Source: Felis catus (lineage: Eukaryota). Taken from it: a DNA stretch of 64,000 nt. Each line of letters begins with the position of its first letter. Within the stretch, counting starts at the first letter, position 1. The notes below the pieces were generated by a model, which was given only the letters and a program-made list of their open reading frames with translations, ran no database searches and had not been told where the DNA came from. A program made the position numbers and the translations under genes. Location: positions 100,814,001 through 100,878,000 of the forward strand of contig NC_058373.1 of assembly GCF_018350175.1 (NCBI RefSeq). Reading direction: 5' to 3'. Below are positions 13,303 through 26,154 of this stretch, one piece after another.

Positions 13303-13521
13303 GGGGCGCCTGGGTGGCTCAGACAGTTAAGCGCCAGACTCTTGATTTCATCTCAAGTCATGATCTCTCGGTTTCATAAGTTTGAGCCCCACATCAGTCT
13401 CTGTGCTGACAGAGGGGAGCCTACTTGGGATTCTGTCTCCCCCCCCCCCCCGCCCCTCACCTGCTTGTGCTCTCTTTCTCTCAAAACAAATAAATACACT
13501 TAAAAAACAAACAAACAAAAA
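13303..13521 (+). mobile_element. Can-SINE
   Basis: SINEC head and tail; TSD gatagctggctgtt. Confidence 0.95.
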
Positions 13522-14259
13522 GGATAGCTGGCTGTTGTTCTAGAAAGGATGGAAGACCAAGTCAGGAAACCTGGTTGATTCTGGTTCTTCTAATACCTTG
13601 CTGGGTTAATCATATAGTCTCTTCATACCTTGATTTCTGTACTTAAAAAAAAGTGTTGGAGAGGTCCTTCCTCTGCTTCCAGGAACAATAAGGAATTATT
13701 ATAAACCCTTGTTTTTCAGAAATCTATGAAGATGATAAAAGAAAACATCAAAAATTTGAAAAATGCTTGTTATCATTAGGTCAAAAATTTAATAACTGGG
13801 CAGACGCTGAGTGCAGAGTTAGCTATAATGCATATTTTTGTAATGAGTCTTTTTCAGTCCTTATTGCTTTTTTTTTTGAAAATGGGAATTTATTAAACCC
13901 TGGAGTAAGAGTTTTCAAAACATTAGAAAAGTAAATAATCCTTACTACTATAGTGTTTGTGGTTTTGTTACATTCAAATGTTTTCTTGCTTTCCCAAACT
14001 AGCAGAAATGAATAGATGTGAAATGTCTCAGAGTTTTACAGCTAAGAATTTCACTTGCGACCAAATTAGACTGCTATAAGTAAATTCAATAAATAAGTTT
14101 AGAAGGAATAATTTATACTCTAAAATCTCAAACTCTTTAGAAAGAATTAAGAATTTTCATAAAAAAGAATTTTCTTCAAAAATAATATCCCAAACAAATT
14201 TTGTGGGCAAGTGAAATTATGCACCATTTTTTTATATGAACACATAACATAACACTAAC

Positions 14260-14480
14260 AATATTGCCTTCTAGGGTGCTCAATGCTTTGCAAAACAGTT
14301 CCATGTCTCTTACTTCATTTGAGCCTCATGATTTCTTTGCCACTAAATTGGATAGAATTTATTATTCCCATTTCACAGATTAAGAAAAGGAGGCATAGGA
14401 CTTCGGACCTTCCTGGATTTACATAGCTAGTAGTTTAAGCTAGAATCCAGGATCCTGAATCTGTCTGGTGTTTCAGTCAT
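14260..14480 (-). mobile_element. MIR SINE
   Basis: cttcatttgagcctcatg..attattcccatttcacagattaagaaaaggaggc. Confidence 0.7.
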
Positions 14481-15254
14481 CCCAGCAGAAGTGCGCACGT
14501 AACCTGAGTTTCTCTTCTGTGTTCCACTGGTTTTTGTTTGCTTGTTTTTTTGTGCAGGACCCCAACGTACTTCCAAGAATTTCCGGAAGACTTTGGGGCT
14601 GATGTGTGACATGTGAGCTCATGAACAAATCCGGGCAGCTACGGTGAATCTGCCAGTCTCATCCCTTCTCCTGCTGTCACCCTGCTCCTTTATGTCCTGC
14701 TTGTCTGCCATGCATAGCTGTCACTTTTGTTGGGCTACTCTTAGCTATTGCTATGGTGAGATCTTAGTTGTGCTGGGGTGTTTTCTTTGTTTTAGACAAA
14801 ATCGGGGCAGAATGGTACATTTCACTCTTTATTTAACATATGGCAATACAAAACCAAGACAAGTTCTTTTTTAAAAAACATTATTTTTGTGGAGTATAAA
14901 ATTTTTTAAATTGTCTGTTAAGGATCTGATTATTTTTTGCCTAACATCAATCAGTAAACACGCTGTTCCGTGTGATAAGCAACAAAGGACGTAAGACCCT
15001 GTGCCACTCTCCAGACCTTATGTTCTACATAAGGACACAAAATATTAAGCCTCTCGATTAGAATATAGTTCAAATGATTATGTGAAATACTTCGCAGTAT
15101 CATTTTGAGACACTGCTGTAAGATCTGCTAAATACATCTGCAGGTCAAAGAGATGGAGGGAGGCAGAATAATCCACTTGAAGGCTATGGAGAAAAGATGG
15201 AAGCAACACAAGGGAATAACAAAGTTGAGTTTGGAGAGAAGAACCGGGCATAAT

Positions 15255-15745
15255 TTTGTTCAAAATTTCACTCTTTATTAGCAATAAATTAAAATGAGGT
15301 GGTGCTTTTTGATGACTCATAAGATAGATGTTGCGTGAAAGCGTACTGGAATCAACAGGCACAAATACGACGGCCAAACATGGAAAAATGATCATAGGTA
15401 GAGCATTTGTTCCACTTGCCTTTTATCTTTTACACCTGTGTTTGAATTCATCCAAACTTGCATAAATCCTTTACACAGCTGTCGAAATTGCACCTGAAAA
15501 AAGGCTGAAGTAGTCTCAGACGGGCTAACATTTCATCATTCTGAACACTTAAACCCAAACAGGTTTAAACACTTTGCCAAACCCAAGGATAACGGGCTTC
15601 CCATTGATCTTTGCTCTGTTCAAATGTTCAACTGTGTGCCAAAATGTACACTGCAGACTGCATTGTAGAGAATCCCACTATTTTTGAACTCTAGAAAAGC
15701 TCAAAAATGCGGTTTTAAAGACGGCGGGAGGGTCTTCTTTGAAAT
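15255..15745 (-). pseudogene. Candidate terminal exon of the minus-strand exon chain
   Basis: Acceptor gtgtctttgcag|ATTTCAAAG at 15745. CpG-retaining sequence reads ISKKTLPPSLKPHF* (phase 0, stop 15703-15701) or xFKEDPPAVFKTAFLSFSRVQK* (phase 1). AATAAA at 15279-15274 with a U-rich downstream tract. Confidence 0.4.
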
Positions 15746-16299
15746 CTGCAAAGACACATGTACTTTGATATACGTAATTAGAAAATGTACTGAATTTAAT
15801 TTTTCTTTTCTTGTCAACAAATGGTCGGACATAGTGAATTTCTGGTATTTTTTTCACTAGGCTGTTTCCGATGTCTATTCTGACTTCCACGATTTTACCA
15901 CTTTTCGCTTGGACTCTATCATTACAGTTTTTAACATTATAAATATATACATTGACATTATAAAAAATTCACACAGTATAGAAAGAGAATGGAAAATATG
16001 AGTCCTCCTATACCATCTTTCCCCCAAACTCCCCTCCCTAGAGGTAAACCCTTTAATACTTTAATGTATTTCTTTCCAGGTCTTTTGTAAAATGCATTAC
16101 TGTGTGTGTGTATGTGTGTGTAATTATAAATAAATGTGATCACAACATAAATGCTGTTACGTTGATATATTTTCCTTAAAATAGCAAAATTCATGACCAA
16201 TTTTTAAAAATTTTGCCAGCCCAATGAGTGAAAGTTGTTATCTCTGGGTATGGCACTACAGATGGGTGAGGACCAGATGCATTTAAACTATTTTCTTTA

Positions 16300-16506
16300 G
16301 GGATGCCTGGGTGGCTCAGTCAGTTAAGCATCCGACTCTTGGTTTTGGCTCAGGTCATGATCCCACAGTTCATGGGATTGAGCCTCATATCGGGCTCTGT
16401 ACTGACAGCATGGGGCCTGCTTAGGATTCTCTCTCTTTCCCTCTCTCTCTGCCTCTCCCTCCCCATGCTCTCTCTCTCTCAAAATAAATGAATAAACTTA
16501 AAAAAA
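16300..16506 (+). mobile_element. Can-SINE
   Basis: SINEC; TSD about taaactattt(t)cttt. Confidence 0.95.
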
Positions 16507-16589
16507 TCTATAAACTATTTCTTTCAACTTAATCCTACATTCTTTGCTTCCTTGTTCACACTACCAAAGATTGGGAAGTTTACTTTCTT

Positions 16590-16784
16590 ACTTTTCTTTT
16601 AAGTTTATGTATTTATTTTGAGAGAGAGAGACAGAGAGAGTGAGCAGGGGAGAGACAGAGAGAGAAGAAGAGAGAGAACCCCAAATGGGCTCTGCTCTGG
16701 GGCAGAATCCATGAACTGTGAGATCATGACCTGAGCCGAAATCGAGAGTCGGTTGCTTAACTGACTGAGCCACTCAGGCACCCC
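16590..16784 (-). mobile_element. Can-SINE
   Basis: Reverse SINEC; TSD ggaagttt(a/g)ctttctt. Confidence 0.95.
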
Positions 16785-17499
16785 TGGAAGTTTGCTTTCT
16801 TGATAAATATGGTGCCACAGAAAAGTAAGTCTGAAAGTTAACCTTCAAGGAAATTTAGGGCTTGCCTTTATGGACAGAAGAGGGGAGAAAAGGAAATTTT
16901 AGGTAGGAGAGCTTCTGTGAGCAAAACCATAGAAAACAAAGTCCCTTGCTTGTTTTCTTGGTCCAGTCTATCCACGGCTGTGCTACAGGAAAGCTTGGAC
17001 TGCCTTGCTGGCTGACATGATGCATACCTCCTCACTGAGCTCTCACTAGAACTGTATTCGCAGCTACATATGTGAATGGACTTCCCGTTTACTGTGCTTG
17101 CACACTCCTGCTTGAGTGTCTATTGCTCTTACACAAAAAGAACTCCTTTCTAGGGGAAGAGATGGATTTCCCTGAATATAGCAGAGGAAAGCCCGGAGTG
17201 GGCCTGAACTTTATGATTCAATTTGAAAACAGCTACCGAGAGTTTGACTGCTGGGGCAACTTGACTGGAACCTAGCTGGCAAGATAATACCCACACAGTT
17301 GCAAGTGGCGCTCGTGGAAATTCAGTGGAGGGGAGAGGGTGGTAAGAGTCCAGAGGCAAATTGGTTCAAGCAGAATATCTGTGGTGTGAGTAAGGTTGGA
17401 AACATGAAAAGGAGCAGAGATAGAGCTAATTCTAGGGTTTGGCATTTGGACCTGAGCCACGAGAAATTGAGAAGATCAGTCATGATGAAATGAAGTGAC

Positions 17500-18178
17500 C
17501 TTCATTAGTTAGATCATCATGTGCTATTTCTTGTCTTTCAGCTTCAATCCCACCTTTCCCTATTCCTTTAGTGATGCCGGAGCAGGGACTCTGTAAACAA
17601 TTCGGTTTTGCCAGCTGGCTCCCTGTGAGGCTCTGCCATTTGGGGATTCTAGGCGGAAGACAAAACACTCGCTCCTTCCTGTTTCCTGTTTGTTTCCTGT
17701 TCCTGGGAGCATGGCCCCAGCTTCACTTCTTAACAGAATCTGGTAGTGGTACCTGATTCCAGGAGCAGCTGTTCAATCCAATTAGCAGTTTTCCCAACTT
17801 TCACAGAACCTGCTTCTTTGTACTCACAGTGCCCACCTGCCAGCCATTGCCAAGAAATACCTACCCCCTGCTCAGAGGTTTAGGGTCCCAACCACATAGG
17901 ACCTTCCTCTAGTTAGCAACCCTGACCCCAGCCTAACAGCAAAACTCCTCAGATGTCTGAGTTTTTCAGCTCTGTGAAGCCCCTTTTTCTAAGTTTTAGT
18001 AATTCCAGTCTTTTCTCATTGATCTCACAGCTTTTGGAGTGGTAGTTCCTTCCTGTAATTGTTACCTCTCTGCAACCTTAAAGTTGTTCTCCTTGTGAAT
18101 TTTCTGTTCTTTACTATTTAATTAACAATTCTTTATCATATATAATTTCTGCTTCTGTACCAGAGCCTGACTGATACA
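17500..18178 (+). mobile_element. ERVL solo LTR (LTR33-like)
   Basis: ttgccagctggctccctgtgagg..ggtagttccttcctgtaattgtta..; ends cctgactgataca. Confidence 0.6.
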
Positions 18179-19659
18179 GGCGGTCCATGATGAAACGTAG
18201 ACAGGAGAACTCATGAGTTCCTGTATCATCCAGGAACAGTGTGGCGCTTGCATTTTGTGGGGACCAAGAGAATTAAGGGGAAGAGGTACATCTGACAAGT
18301 TTTAGGTGGGAAGGAACCAACAGAGCTTCATAATTAGAAACAGGGAGCAAGGAGAGGGAGCTGTAGAACACACAAAGTTTGTATCCTGGTGGTGGAGAGA
18401 ATGATGATGCCATAGAAAACTGGGGAAGGTAGAAAAAAAATGAGTCCAGGTACAGAAATATGCGAGTGGAGGTATTTTAAAGACATCTGGTAAAGTGAAA
18501 CTGCAATTCAAGTGAGAGCTAGCTCAGTGGCCTCTGCGGTGAGGATGGGCACTGTGGCTGAGTTCCCCGGGGACATGCGGCTGGTGGCGGGGGGCGGGCA
18601 GTGGAGATAGGAGCTTCTGGGTAGCTTGTACAGAGGCTTAATGCAAAGTCTAGTGTGGGACCTCCTGCCCATAACAAGTAGGGATGGTGTCTTGTTCAAT
18701 ACCCTGGACAGGTTAAGAAGGATAAGAACTATAGGTCCACTGTTTTAACCAGAAGAAGGCATTAGTGATTATCTGGGATTCTGTTTTTGTTCACACAAGC
18801 AAACTTCAGCTCTGATTGGGTTGGTCGAATAGAAGAACATCAATGAACATACTGATGGAATTTTTAAAGGTGGAAACAGACAAGCAAGCTACACAAACAG
18901 CCACTTTTCATGAGCAGCAGACTAGGAAGCCTATTGTCATCAAATAAAACACACAGCAAAGTTAATCCGGCACACATTTAATAATAGTCCCAGTCATGAT
19001 TGTGCTACACTGTAATTAGGCACAGGTGGTAAGTAGTTCTTGTAAACTATTATAATTCATATTGATGAAAGTCAAGTTGACTTTTTATACTTTCTCTCTT
19101 TGCTTTCTTAGTCCTTTATCTAACATGGATCTGTCAGCCATTTTTATTGATATCATGTACCGTCAATTAAAATCTGTTTATCAAACATTTACTGAGTTTT
19201 TATTATGCTCCAATTATTGTGCTGGGCTCTGGGTGATATAAATACGAGCAACTTAAAGTTGAAAACTTTAATGTGAATCATACAAATCCTACAGAGTGAC
19301 TCATATATGTTCCTGCATAATGGGCCTGTACTCTGTGCTCTCCATGGTTAAACATAGGTGACTTCCTCAGCGAGGCTTTCCTTCTTCAATGGACAACCTC
19401 ACTCTCTCCACACCTGCCTTTTTCCTGCTCTCTGTTGGGCACTAAAGTACTCCCCATTCTAAGTTTCTGGGATGACAAAGGTCTAAACACTAGGGACCTC
19501 TGGGTCATGACCTTGGGGATATCTTGCTCAAGGGAGTACTAGACACATGGTAGGCATATGGAGTAAAAAAATACAGGGGGAAAGTGTCCTTTGCTCTTTA
19601 GAAAATGAGGGAAGGGAAGCTTCTGGGTAGCTTAGGGAAGGGAAGACTATGCTCAGGCT

Positions 19660-19905
19660 GGAAAAGTGGATAAGAACATAGCCTTGAGAGCCAGACTGCC
19701 TGGGTTTGAATCCTGGTGCTACTACTTAGCATTTTTGTGACTTTGGACAATTTCTTAATTTTCTGTACCTCAGTTTCCTCACCTATAAAGTGCAGATAGT
19801 AATAGCATATATCTCAGAAGGTTGTGAGGGAAAGTCAGTGTTTGTAAAGTGCTGGGAATAGTGACAGGCAAAAGGTAAGCTCTCTATATAAGCATTTGTT
19901 AAATA
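19660..19905 (+). mobile_element. MIR SINE
   Basis: gagccagactgcctgggtttgaatcctgg..cctcagtttcctcacctataaag. Confidence 0.9.
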
Positions 19906-20248
19906 TATAAAACAAACGCTATGAAGTACCCTCATCTACCAAAAGGACACTAGGGATCATAGAAGTTAAATAACTTGCTTAGGGAAGAGAAAGAGCCAAA
20001 ATTTGCCCCACTTCTCTCTAAAGTCCATGTTCTTTCTCCTCCACCATCTTGAGTGTTAGAGGACAATGTCAAAAGGAGAAAAAAAAAATGGAGGCATGAA
20101 AGACAAGCTTTTCCAGCTCAACTTTGCCTTCACTTGCGTCCACATGCTTTTCTGTTACGAATGGCTCTTCAACAGGAACTTGCCAGTGAGCAAAAATGAT
20201 TGCCTTCCGTAAAGAAGCAGATACCATTCAGTACTGTGAAGAATAATC

Positions 20249-20254
20249 TCTTTC

Positions 20255-20313
<59 letters not shown>

Positions 20314-20490
20314 CTTTCTTTCCTTAAGGTATAATTAATACATTGGTGTCAGGTGTACAATGCAATGATTCAGTATTTGTGTATATTATGAAATGATCAC
20401 CACAATAAGTCTAATTAACACACATTGCCATACATAGTTATAACTTTTTTTCCTTGTGATAGGAACTTTTTAAATTTTAAGATCTATAGT
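20249..20490 (-). mobile_element. L1 3' end (L1MA/carnivore type) with a (TTTC)n tail-derived microsatellite
   Basis: (TTTC)n at 20249-20310, then tcaggtgtacaatgcaatgattc..gaaatgatcaccacaataagtcta. Confidence 0.8.
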
Positions 20491-20615
20491 CTTCACTGAC
20501 ATGCTTTGCGCCAAAGACCAGTGGCTTGGAACGTCTATCAGCCATTGGTCAAGTCTTGAGGATTTTATAATCTTATGTGAATAAGCATAATGCTTCAAAT
20601 ATAAAATGGTTGGTT

Positions 20616-20824
20616 GGGGCACCTGGGTGGCTCAGTCGGTTAAGTGTCTGACGCTTGATTTTGGTTCAGGTCATGATCTCATAGTCATGAAATCAAGCTT
20701 GCATTGGGCTCCATGCTGAGCATGAAGCCTGCTTGAGATCCTCTCTCCTTTTCTTTCTGCTCCTTTCCCCTGCTCAAGCTCTCTCTCTCTTTCTCTCAAA
20801 ATAAATAAATAAACATTAAAAAAA
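20616..20824 (+). mobile_element. Can-SINE
   Basis: SINEC; TSD aaaatggtt(g/t)gtt. Confidence 0.95.
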
Positions 20825-21229
20825 GGAAAATGGTTTGTTGAAGTATGAATGATACATTTTCCCCTTGTGAAGAAAAGCCCTTGTGAACACGAGCAGGACA
20901 GTAAAAGAGCAAGATGAATTCAGTGTGGCTCAAATGTTAGGTATAAAAATTTAATGAATGGGATTAAAGGATGACCTTCTCATGATAAGTTGCAAGGAAT
21001 CAAGGGATGTACGTTCTGTATTTTCGCCTTATTATTTTGAAGAACCCTATTTATAGGGAAGAGCTACTACCTAGTGGTAAAGAGCAAATTTTGAAGTCAG
21101 AGAGACCTAAGTTCTGGATCTGGATAAATCCATGCTTTATCATCTGCTGGCTGGTGATGGTCAGTTTTCTCATGCAAATGATAGAAACAATGACATTCTA
21201 GTTTCCCCCAATGTCCATGGCTCCGCATT

Positions 21230-21670
21230 GTGTAATGTGGGCTTTGGATGAAATTGGCCTCAATCCAGATTTAGGAGTGGGTCCTGATTAATCTTAGCTT
21301 ATCATTGCACTCCCTCCCCTTTTCCCAATGATGGTATTGGGGTACACAGATGATTCATGCCCCAGTATGAAGCTCACTGTAAACAGCCATTTTTGTTTAC
21401 TGATTCTGCGATGATGTCTGTCTCTTTCAGTGTGAATGAGGAAGTACTGAGTACTGCTGGCAACATTTTGTGATTTTGTGGAGAATGAACCTGATGACAG
21501 ATCTAACACATGGAGGAGGACAGAGATGATGGAACCACAGAGAAATTGATCCAGAACACTGATCAACCCATGCCTAAAGACTATACCACCCCTGGACTTT
21601 CTAGTTACATGAACAATAAATCTTCCCTGTTTGTTAAACAAGTTTGAGTTATTTCCTACAAAAACCAATT
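21230..21670 (+). mobile_element. ERVL/MaLR-type solo LTR (LTR16/MLT1K-like) inside MIR remnants
   Basis: ccacccctggactttctagttacatgaacaataaatcttccc..agtttgagtt; MIR pieces at about 21070-21200 and 21670-21770. Confidence 0.6.
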
Positions 21671-22299
21671 TGTATGCTTACTTCCAGGGTGGTTCTATGT
21701 GAGTAAATATCTCAGCAGAGTGCCCAGTGAATTCTAAGATAGCATCCATCATGGCAGTACAATTATTATCACGTGATGAGAGGGAAGTGGGAGTGCTACA
21801 GATAATGACAGGCAACCAAGTCCCAGGGATAGGGTGGTGGTAACTTTAGATACAGAGAATAGGAATTAAGAATAGAAACAATCACTTAAAACTTCCATTT
21901 CACCAATCTCTCAGGCTAATTACTAATTGGTTTACTATTTAATTGGTAAGTACAGCTATTAATTATGTTAGGAAATAAAAAGGTTTATAAATATGTAGTC
22001 TCATATATTCTATAATTTAGAGTCATGAATCAGAAGGAAGTCCATAATTTGATTGTCAATTCAGAGGGCCTCAGGACTTCGAGGAATGGAATGCAGGAGA
22101 GGTCTTAAATATTTGTCAACAGTTGGTTGAATAAGAAAGTAGAGTTACAAAAAAAAACCAAAGCAAAATCAACTGAGATCACAAGATTGTTCTTCCAAAG
22201 TCCTTTCCTGAGATTCTAAGTGAAATTGGTGAGTACAGTCCTCAACTGTGATGGAATGTGGGGGCCGAGATCCGCTTTGCTGAAGCATGGGGTGACGGA

Positions 22300-22970
22300 C
22301 TGCCCTGTGCCCATCTGGTAACTCCAGGGGTTGGAGCCCGAGGAGAGGGTGCTATTGACAGCCTCGGAGAAACAGGGAGAGAACGAAAGGGGGTGTGGAG
22401 AGATAATGAGCTCCGTTTCTGACATGTTTAGTTTTAGGAGGTGGTGGGACACCCAAGTAGAGATATTCTGCAGACAGAAAGAAATATGGGACTGAAGAAA
22501 GGGTGAGAGGTCAAGGCTGGGGCTGGAGGTTTGGGAGTCATCTGCATTCAGGTGGTAATTAAAGCCATCTGACGGGGAGCTTCCAAGAGGAGTGTGCTGT
22601 GAGGGAAAAAAAGCCCAATGAGCCTGCTGAAGGAGGGAAGGAAAAGAGGGGGAAGGCACTCCCAGGAGGTTCAGGAAAGTGAAGCTGAGAAGGGAAGGAA
22701 GAAATCTACAGAATATGGTCCTTACAGCTGAGGGGAAGAAAGAAATGGATGGACACCCATTTAAAGCCTCACAGAAGTTGAAAACGTGATAAAGAGTAAT
22801 TGGGCAATTGGATATTTCTATCATTTCATGAACACCATTTAGAAGGAAGCAGAGGTCATTTACCCTTCAAAGAACCAGAGAATCGTTGGTACAAGATGGA
22901 TGATTTGGGGGAGGCTGAATTCTCAGGGCTTTCCTATTCTACTGAGAAAGGAAATAATATTTATCAATTG
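22300..22970 (-). mobile_element. L2 LINE ORF2 fragment (reverse transcriptase C-terminal part)
   Basis: ORF 22216..22824 contains GFNYHLNADDSQ..LQSHISFCLQNISTWVSHHLLKLNMSETELII, the L2 YADD region. Confidence 0.85.
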
Positions 22971-24217
22971 GGGGGTGGGGATTAATGAAGCCAGTCACCA
23001 CTCTCAGTGGAAAAAAATAAATGAGAAATTCTCACTCATTAAAATACCATGAAGATTATTGTTACAATGTGATTTTTACAAGATTTTTTTTTTAAGAGAG
23101 TTTTTGAAAGTTATAGGAAAGAGGACATGACAAGGGAGGATAGCCCATTGGGATAAACGGTTCCTTAGAAACCTAAGTATTAAGAAAGTTAATATACTTA
23201 TGCTTATAAAAAATACTCTCTTATAAGTGTAAATGCCCAGTGAAGTCATCCACTGCAATAGTGTTGCTGAAACTGGCTAAGCAAACTGAACAATAGGAAA
23301 GGCGATAGGGCTATGGAGTAGAACACAGACATGTAAACATTTTTTTTTTCCAGCTTTCTCCATGACAGAAGTCAGTAGGGAGTCACATTTTTATACCCTG
23401 ATATATCTTAATAATGCCAGGTGTGATAATCCACTGATTCACTCAATTCATAGTCCTGAAGGAATTTCACAGTGACAAAGAGCTGCAAATCATGTTCCTC
23501 TAATAGCTTGGCAAATTCCTTTCGGCAAGATGAACATTAATAATGGAGTGATGATAAGATCATTTCCTCAGGATCTCCAGAGCTGGTGTGTTGACTAAGG
23601 TGGTGCAGGGTGGCCAAGATGACTGTGCTTACAACTCTTGCCCAACCATTAAAGCAGAATACAACATGTTGGATCGCAACATTGCTCTGCCAGGTTTAGT
23701 ACATAACCCCCAGCGGTAACCAATAACTGTTCCTTGGGAGGAAGGCAGCCATGTTTTTATAATGAATCTAAATGGTTGGGTGAGGCTGAATATGGATGCT
23801 TAGAGGGAGGGTTGGATTGGGGCCAAGAACAAATGGCTTCCTTACACATTAAAATTCTAAACTTTTGCTCCGAGGCATGAAGTTTGTTTTGCACTAATTT
23901 TTGTATTTATAATATAAGATAGCATTGATTTTCCAGACCCCTTTAAAATTCCATTAGTTGAATTTAGACTGCCTCACAGAGGTACAAGGAATGGCAGGAC
24001 AAAATGAGACTAGTTGGGGCAGAGAAGGGGAGAGGTTGGAAGAGTAGAGTGGGGAAGGGGCGGGGGGGAGAGGAGGAAAAAAAAATCTCTGCCCACTCTT
24101 GAAGGTCACAGTAATCTTTGCTGTATTTCTGAAAGAACAGGCAAAGCAAGGAAGGAGATGGATCTAATATTTTCTGAATGCTTTTCATGGCCCAGGTTTA
24201 GCACATGTATGATATTT

Positions 24218-24960
24218 TGATATATAATAAGAAGCATATTTGGTTTTGCCCCCATTTCTGACACAGAGTTCCTAAACATCTTGGAATTTCCTAAGTGATG
24301 AGAGCAACAAAGATGTGTTTTGTTATGTTAATGAAGTAACTTTGGACCCCACCTAAGGATGGGGACTGGTTGCCAAGAGAACCTACCTTTCGATTAGGGG
24401 GCTTAGAACTTTTAGTCCTGCCTCCCAAGCCCTGGTGAGGGGACAGGGGCTGGAGGTTGAGTTCAATCACCAATGGCCAATGATTTAATCAGTTGTGAAT
24501 ATGCAATGAAGCCTCCATAAAAATCCCCAAAAAGGAGAAGGTTGGGAGAGCTTCCTGGTTGGAATGGGTGCTGGTAGTGTCACACTTAGACAGGAAATGG
24601 GAGCTCCAAGCCCTTTCCCCACATCTTGCCCTACGCATTTCTTCCATGTGGGTATTCCTGACATACTTTTATAATAAACTGGTGATCTAGCTAATAAAAT
24701 GTTTCTGAGTTCTGTGAGCCACTCTAACAAATTACTCGAGACCAAGGAGGGTGTTGTGGGAATCTCCAGTCCATGGCCAGTATGTCAAAAGAACAGGTGA
24801 TAACCTGGGCTTGTGACTGGTGTCTGAAGAGGGGAAGGGAAGACAGTCTGGTGGGACTGTGCCCTTAATCTGTGGGACACGACCCTATCTCTAGGTAGAT
24901 AGTGTCAGAATTGAGTTGAATTGTAAGTCAACCAGCAAATATCAGAGATTTAGTTGGTAG
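24218..24960 (+). mobile_element. MER21-like solo LTR
   Basis: cttggaatttcctaagtgat..ttcaatcaccaatggccaatgatttaatca..ctgagttctgtgagccactcta..tagtgtcagaattgagttgaattgta. Confidence 0.75.
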
Positions 24961-25014
24961 TGAAGGAATCCCCCTTCCCCGGAGACACCCACCATCCCTC
25001 ACCACCCACCCCCA

Positions 25015-25063
25015 CTCACACTCACACACACACACACACACACACACACGCGCGCGCGCGCAC
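25015..25063. repeat. (CA)n(CG)n alternating purine-pyrimidine tract
   Basis: cacacaca..cacgcgcgcgcgcgcaca. Confidence 0.95.
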
Positions 25064-26154
25064 ATTGGACTTAAGTGATTCAGACCCTTTATATGTCATT
25101 CATATAATTCTTACAATAACTCTTTATGGTATAAGCATTTACCCATAAATGGGTAGAGGCTTGGATTAGTGACTTGTCTGAGGTGGGAGCAGAAGAATCA
25201 GGATCCGAAATAATCCCTTTCCCTTCTTCTTTTCCTTCCAATATGTTCATACTCCTGTCTCCTTTTCTGTGTTTTGCCCTTTTTATCAGTGACTCACAGG
25301 AAAGAACTTGAATTTCTCCTCTGTCTTGTCTGTAGCAGATCCCCTTGCGCATGTGTGCTAACTTGTTCAACTATATCTCACTGAACCAGCAAAGCAACAT
25401 GACACACAGGTGGCAGTGGAGAACTGCAGACGTGCCCAGGGAACCTTTTGTGGTTCCCAGTGATTTGCACACACTGGGCCGCTCCCATGTCAGCACATGT
25501 GGGGGAAACAACGTGCTCCTATATCTGACAATTACCTGGCAGAGTGTCAGGGCCCACATCTCAGACTGGAAGTTGTGGCTAAACTCCTAGCCCAGGGAGC
25601 AGTTCTAGAGTACAGGCAGAAACTGGTCAGATTCAGGACCAGGATAAGACCAAAGTCCAGTTTTATGACTAAGTGGGTAAAGGAGTGGGGGTTGGGAACC
25701 TAACACCAGGATCCAGGATGAGGCTAGTCTAGCTGATCATAGGAAGTGGGAAGGATAATGAAGAACACCACGACATGAGGGCCAGGGGGAAACTGATTCC
25801 AAATTCTTGTTCCAAGGGGGGAGAACCCTTAAAACTTGAGGCAAATTGAATGGAGAATGAAAAATCAGGAGGCCGTGCCCGTTAGCACCAGGTAGAAAGG
25901 CTAAGGAGTTTTCATGTGACTGAAAGGTTTTCAAGAGTTTGAAACAGAGGCTAAGAAATATCTGAATTGGGCTAAATCGCGGTGTGTGTGGTGGCAGGGA
26001 AGGGGAGGTAGGTTGATTCTGACACTTCAGTTTGCCACCAGCGGAGTCCTGTTGTTCCTTCTCTGGCTGCCTTATTGGAGCATCCGTAGAGGTTCAATAC
26101 AGAGAAAGGGGAGGAACGTTGCCTGTCCTGCATGCTCCTGCACCATAGCTCTCA

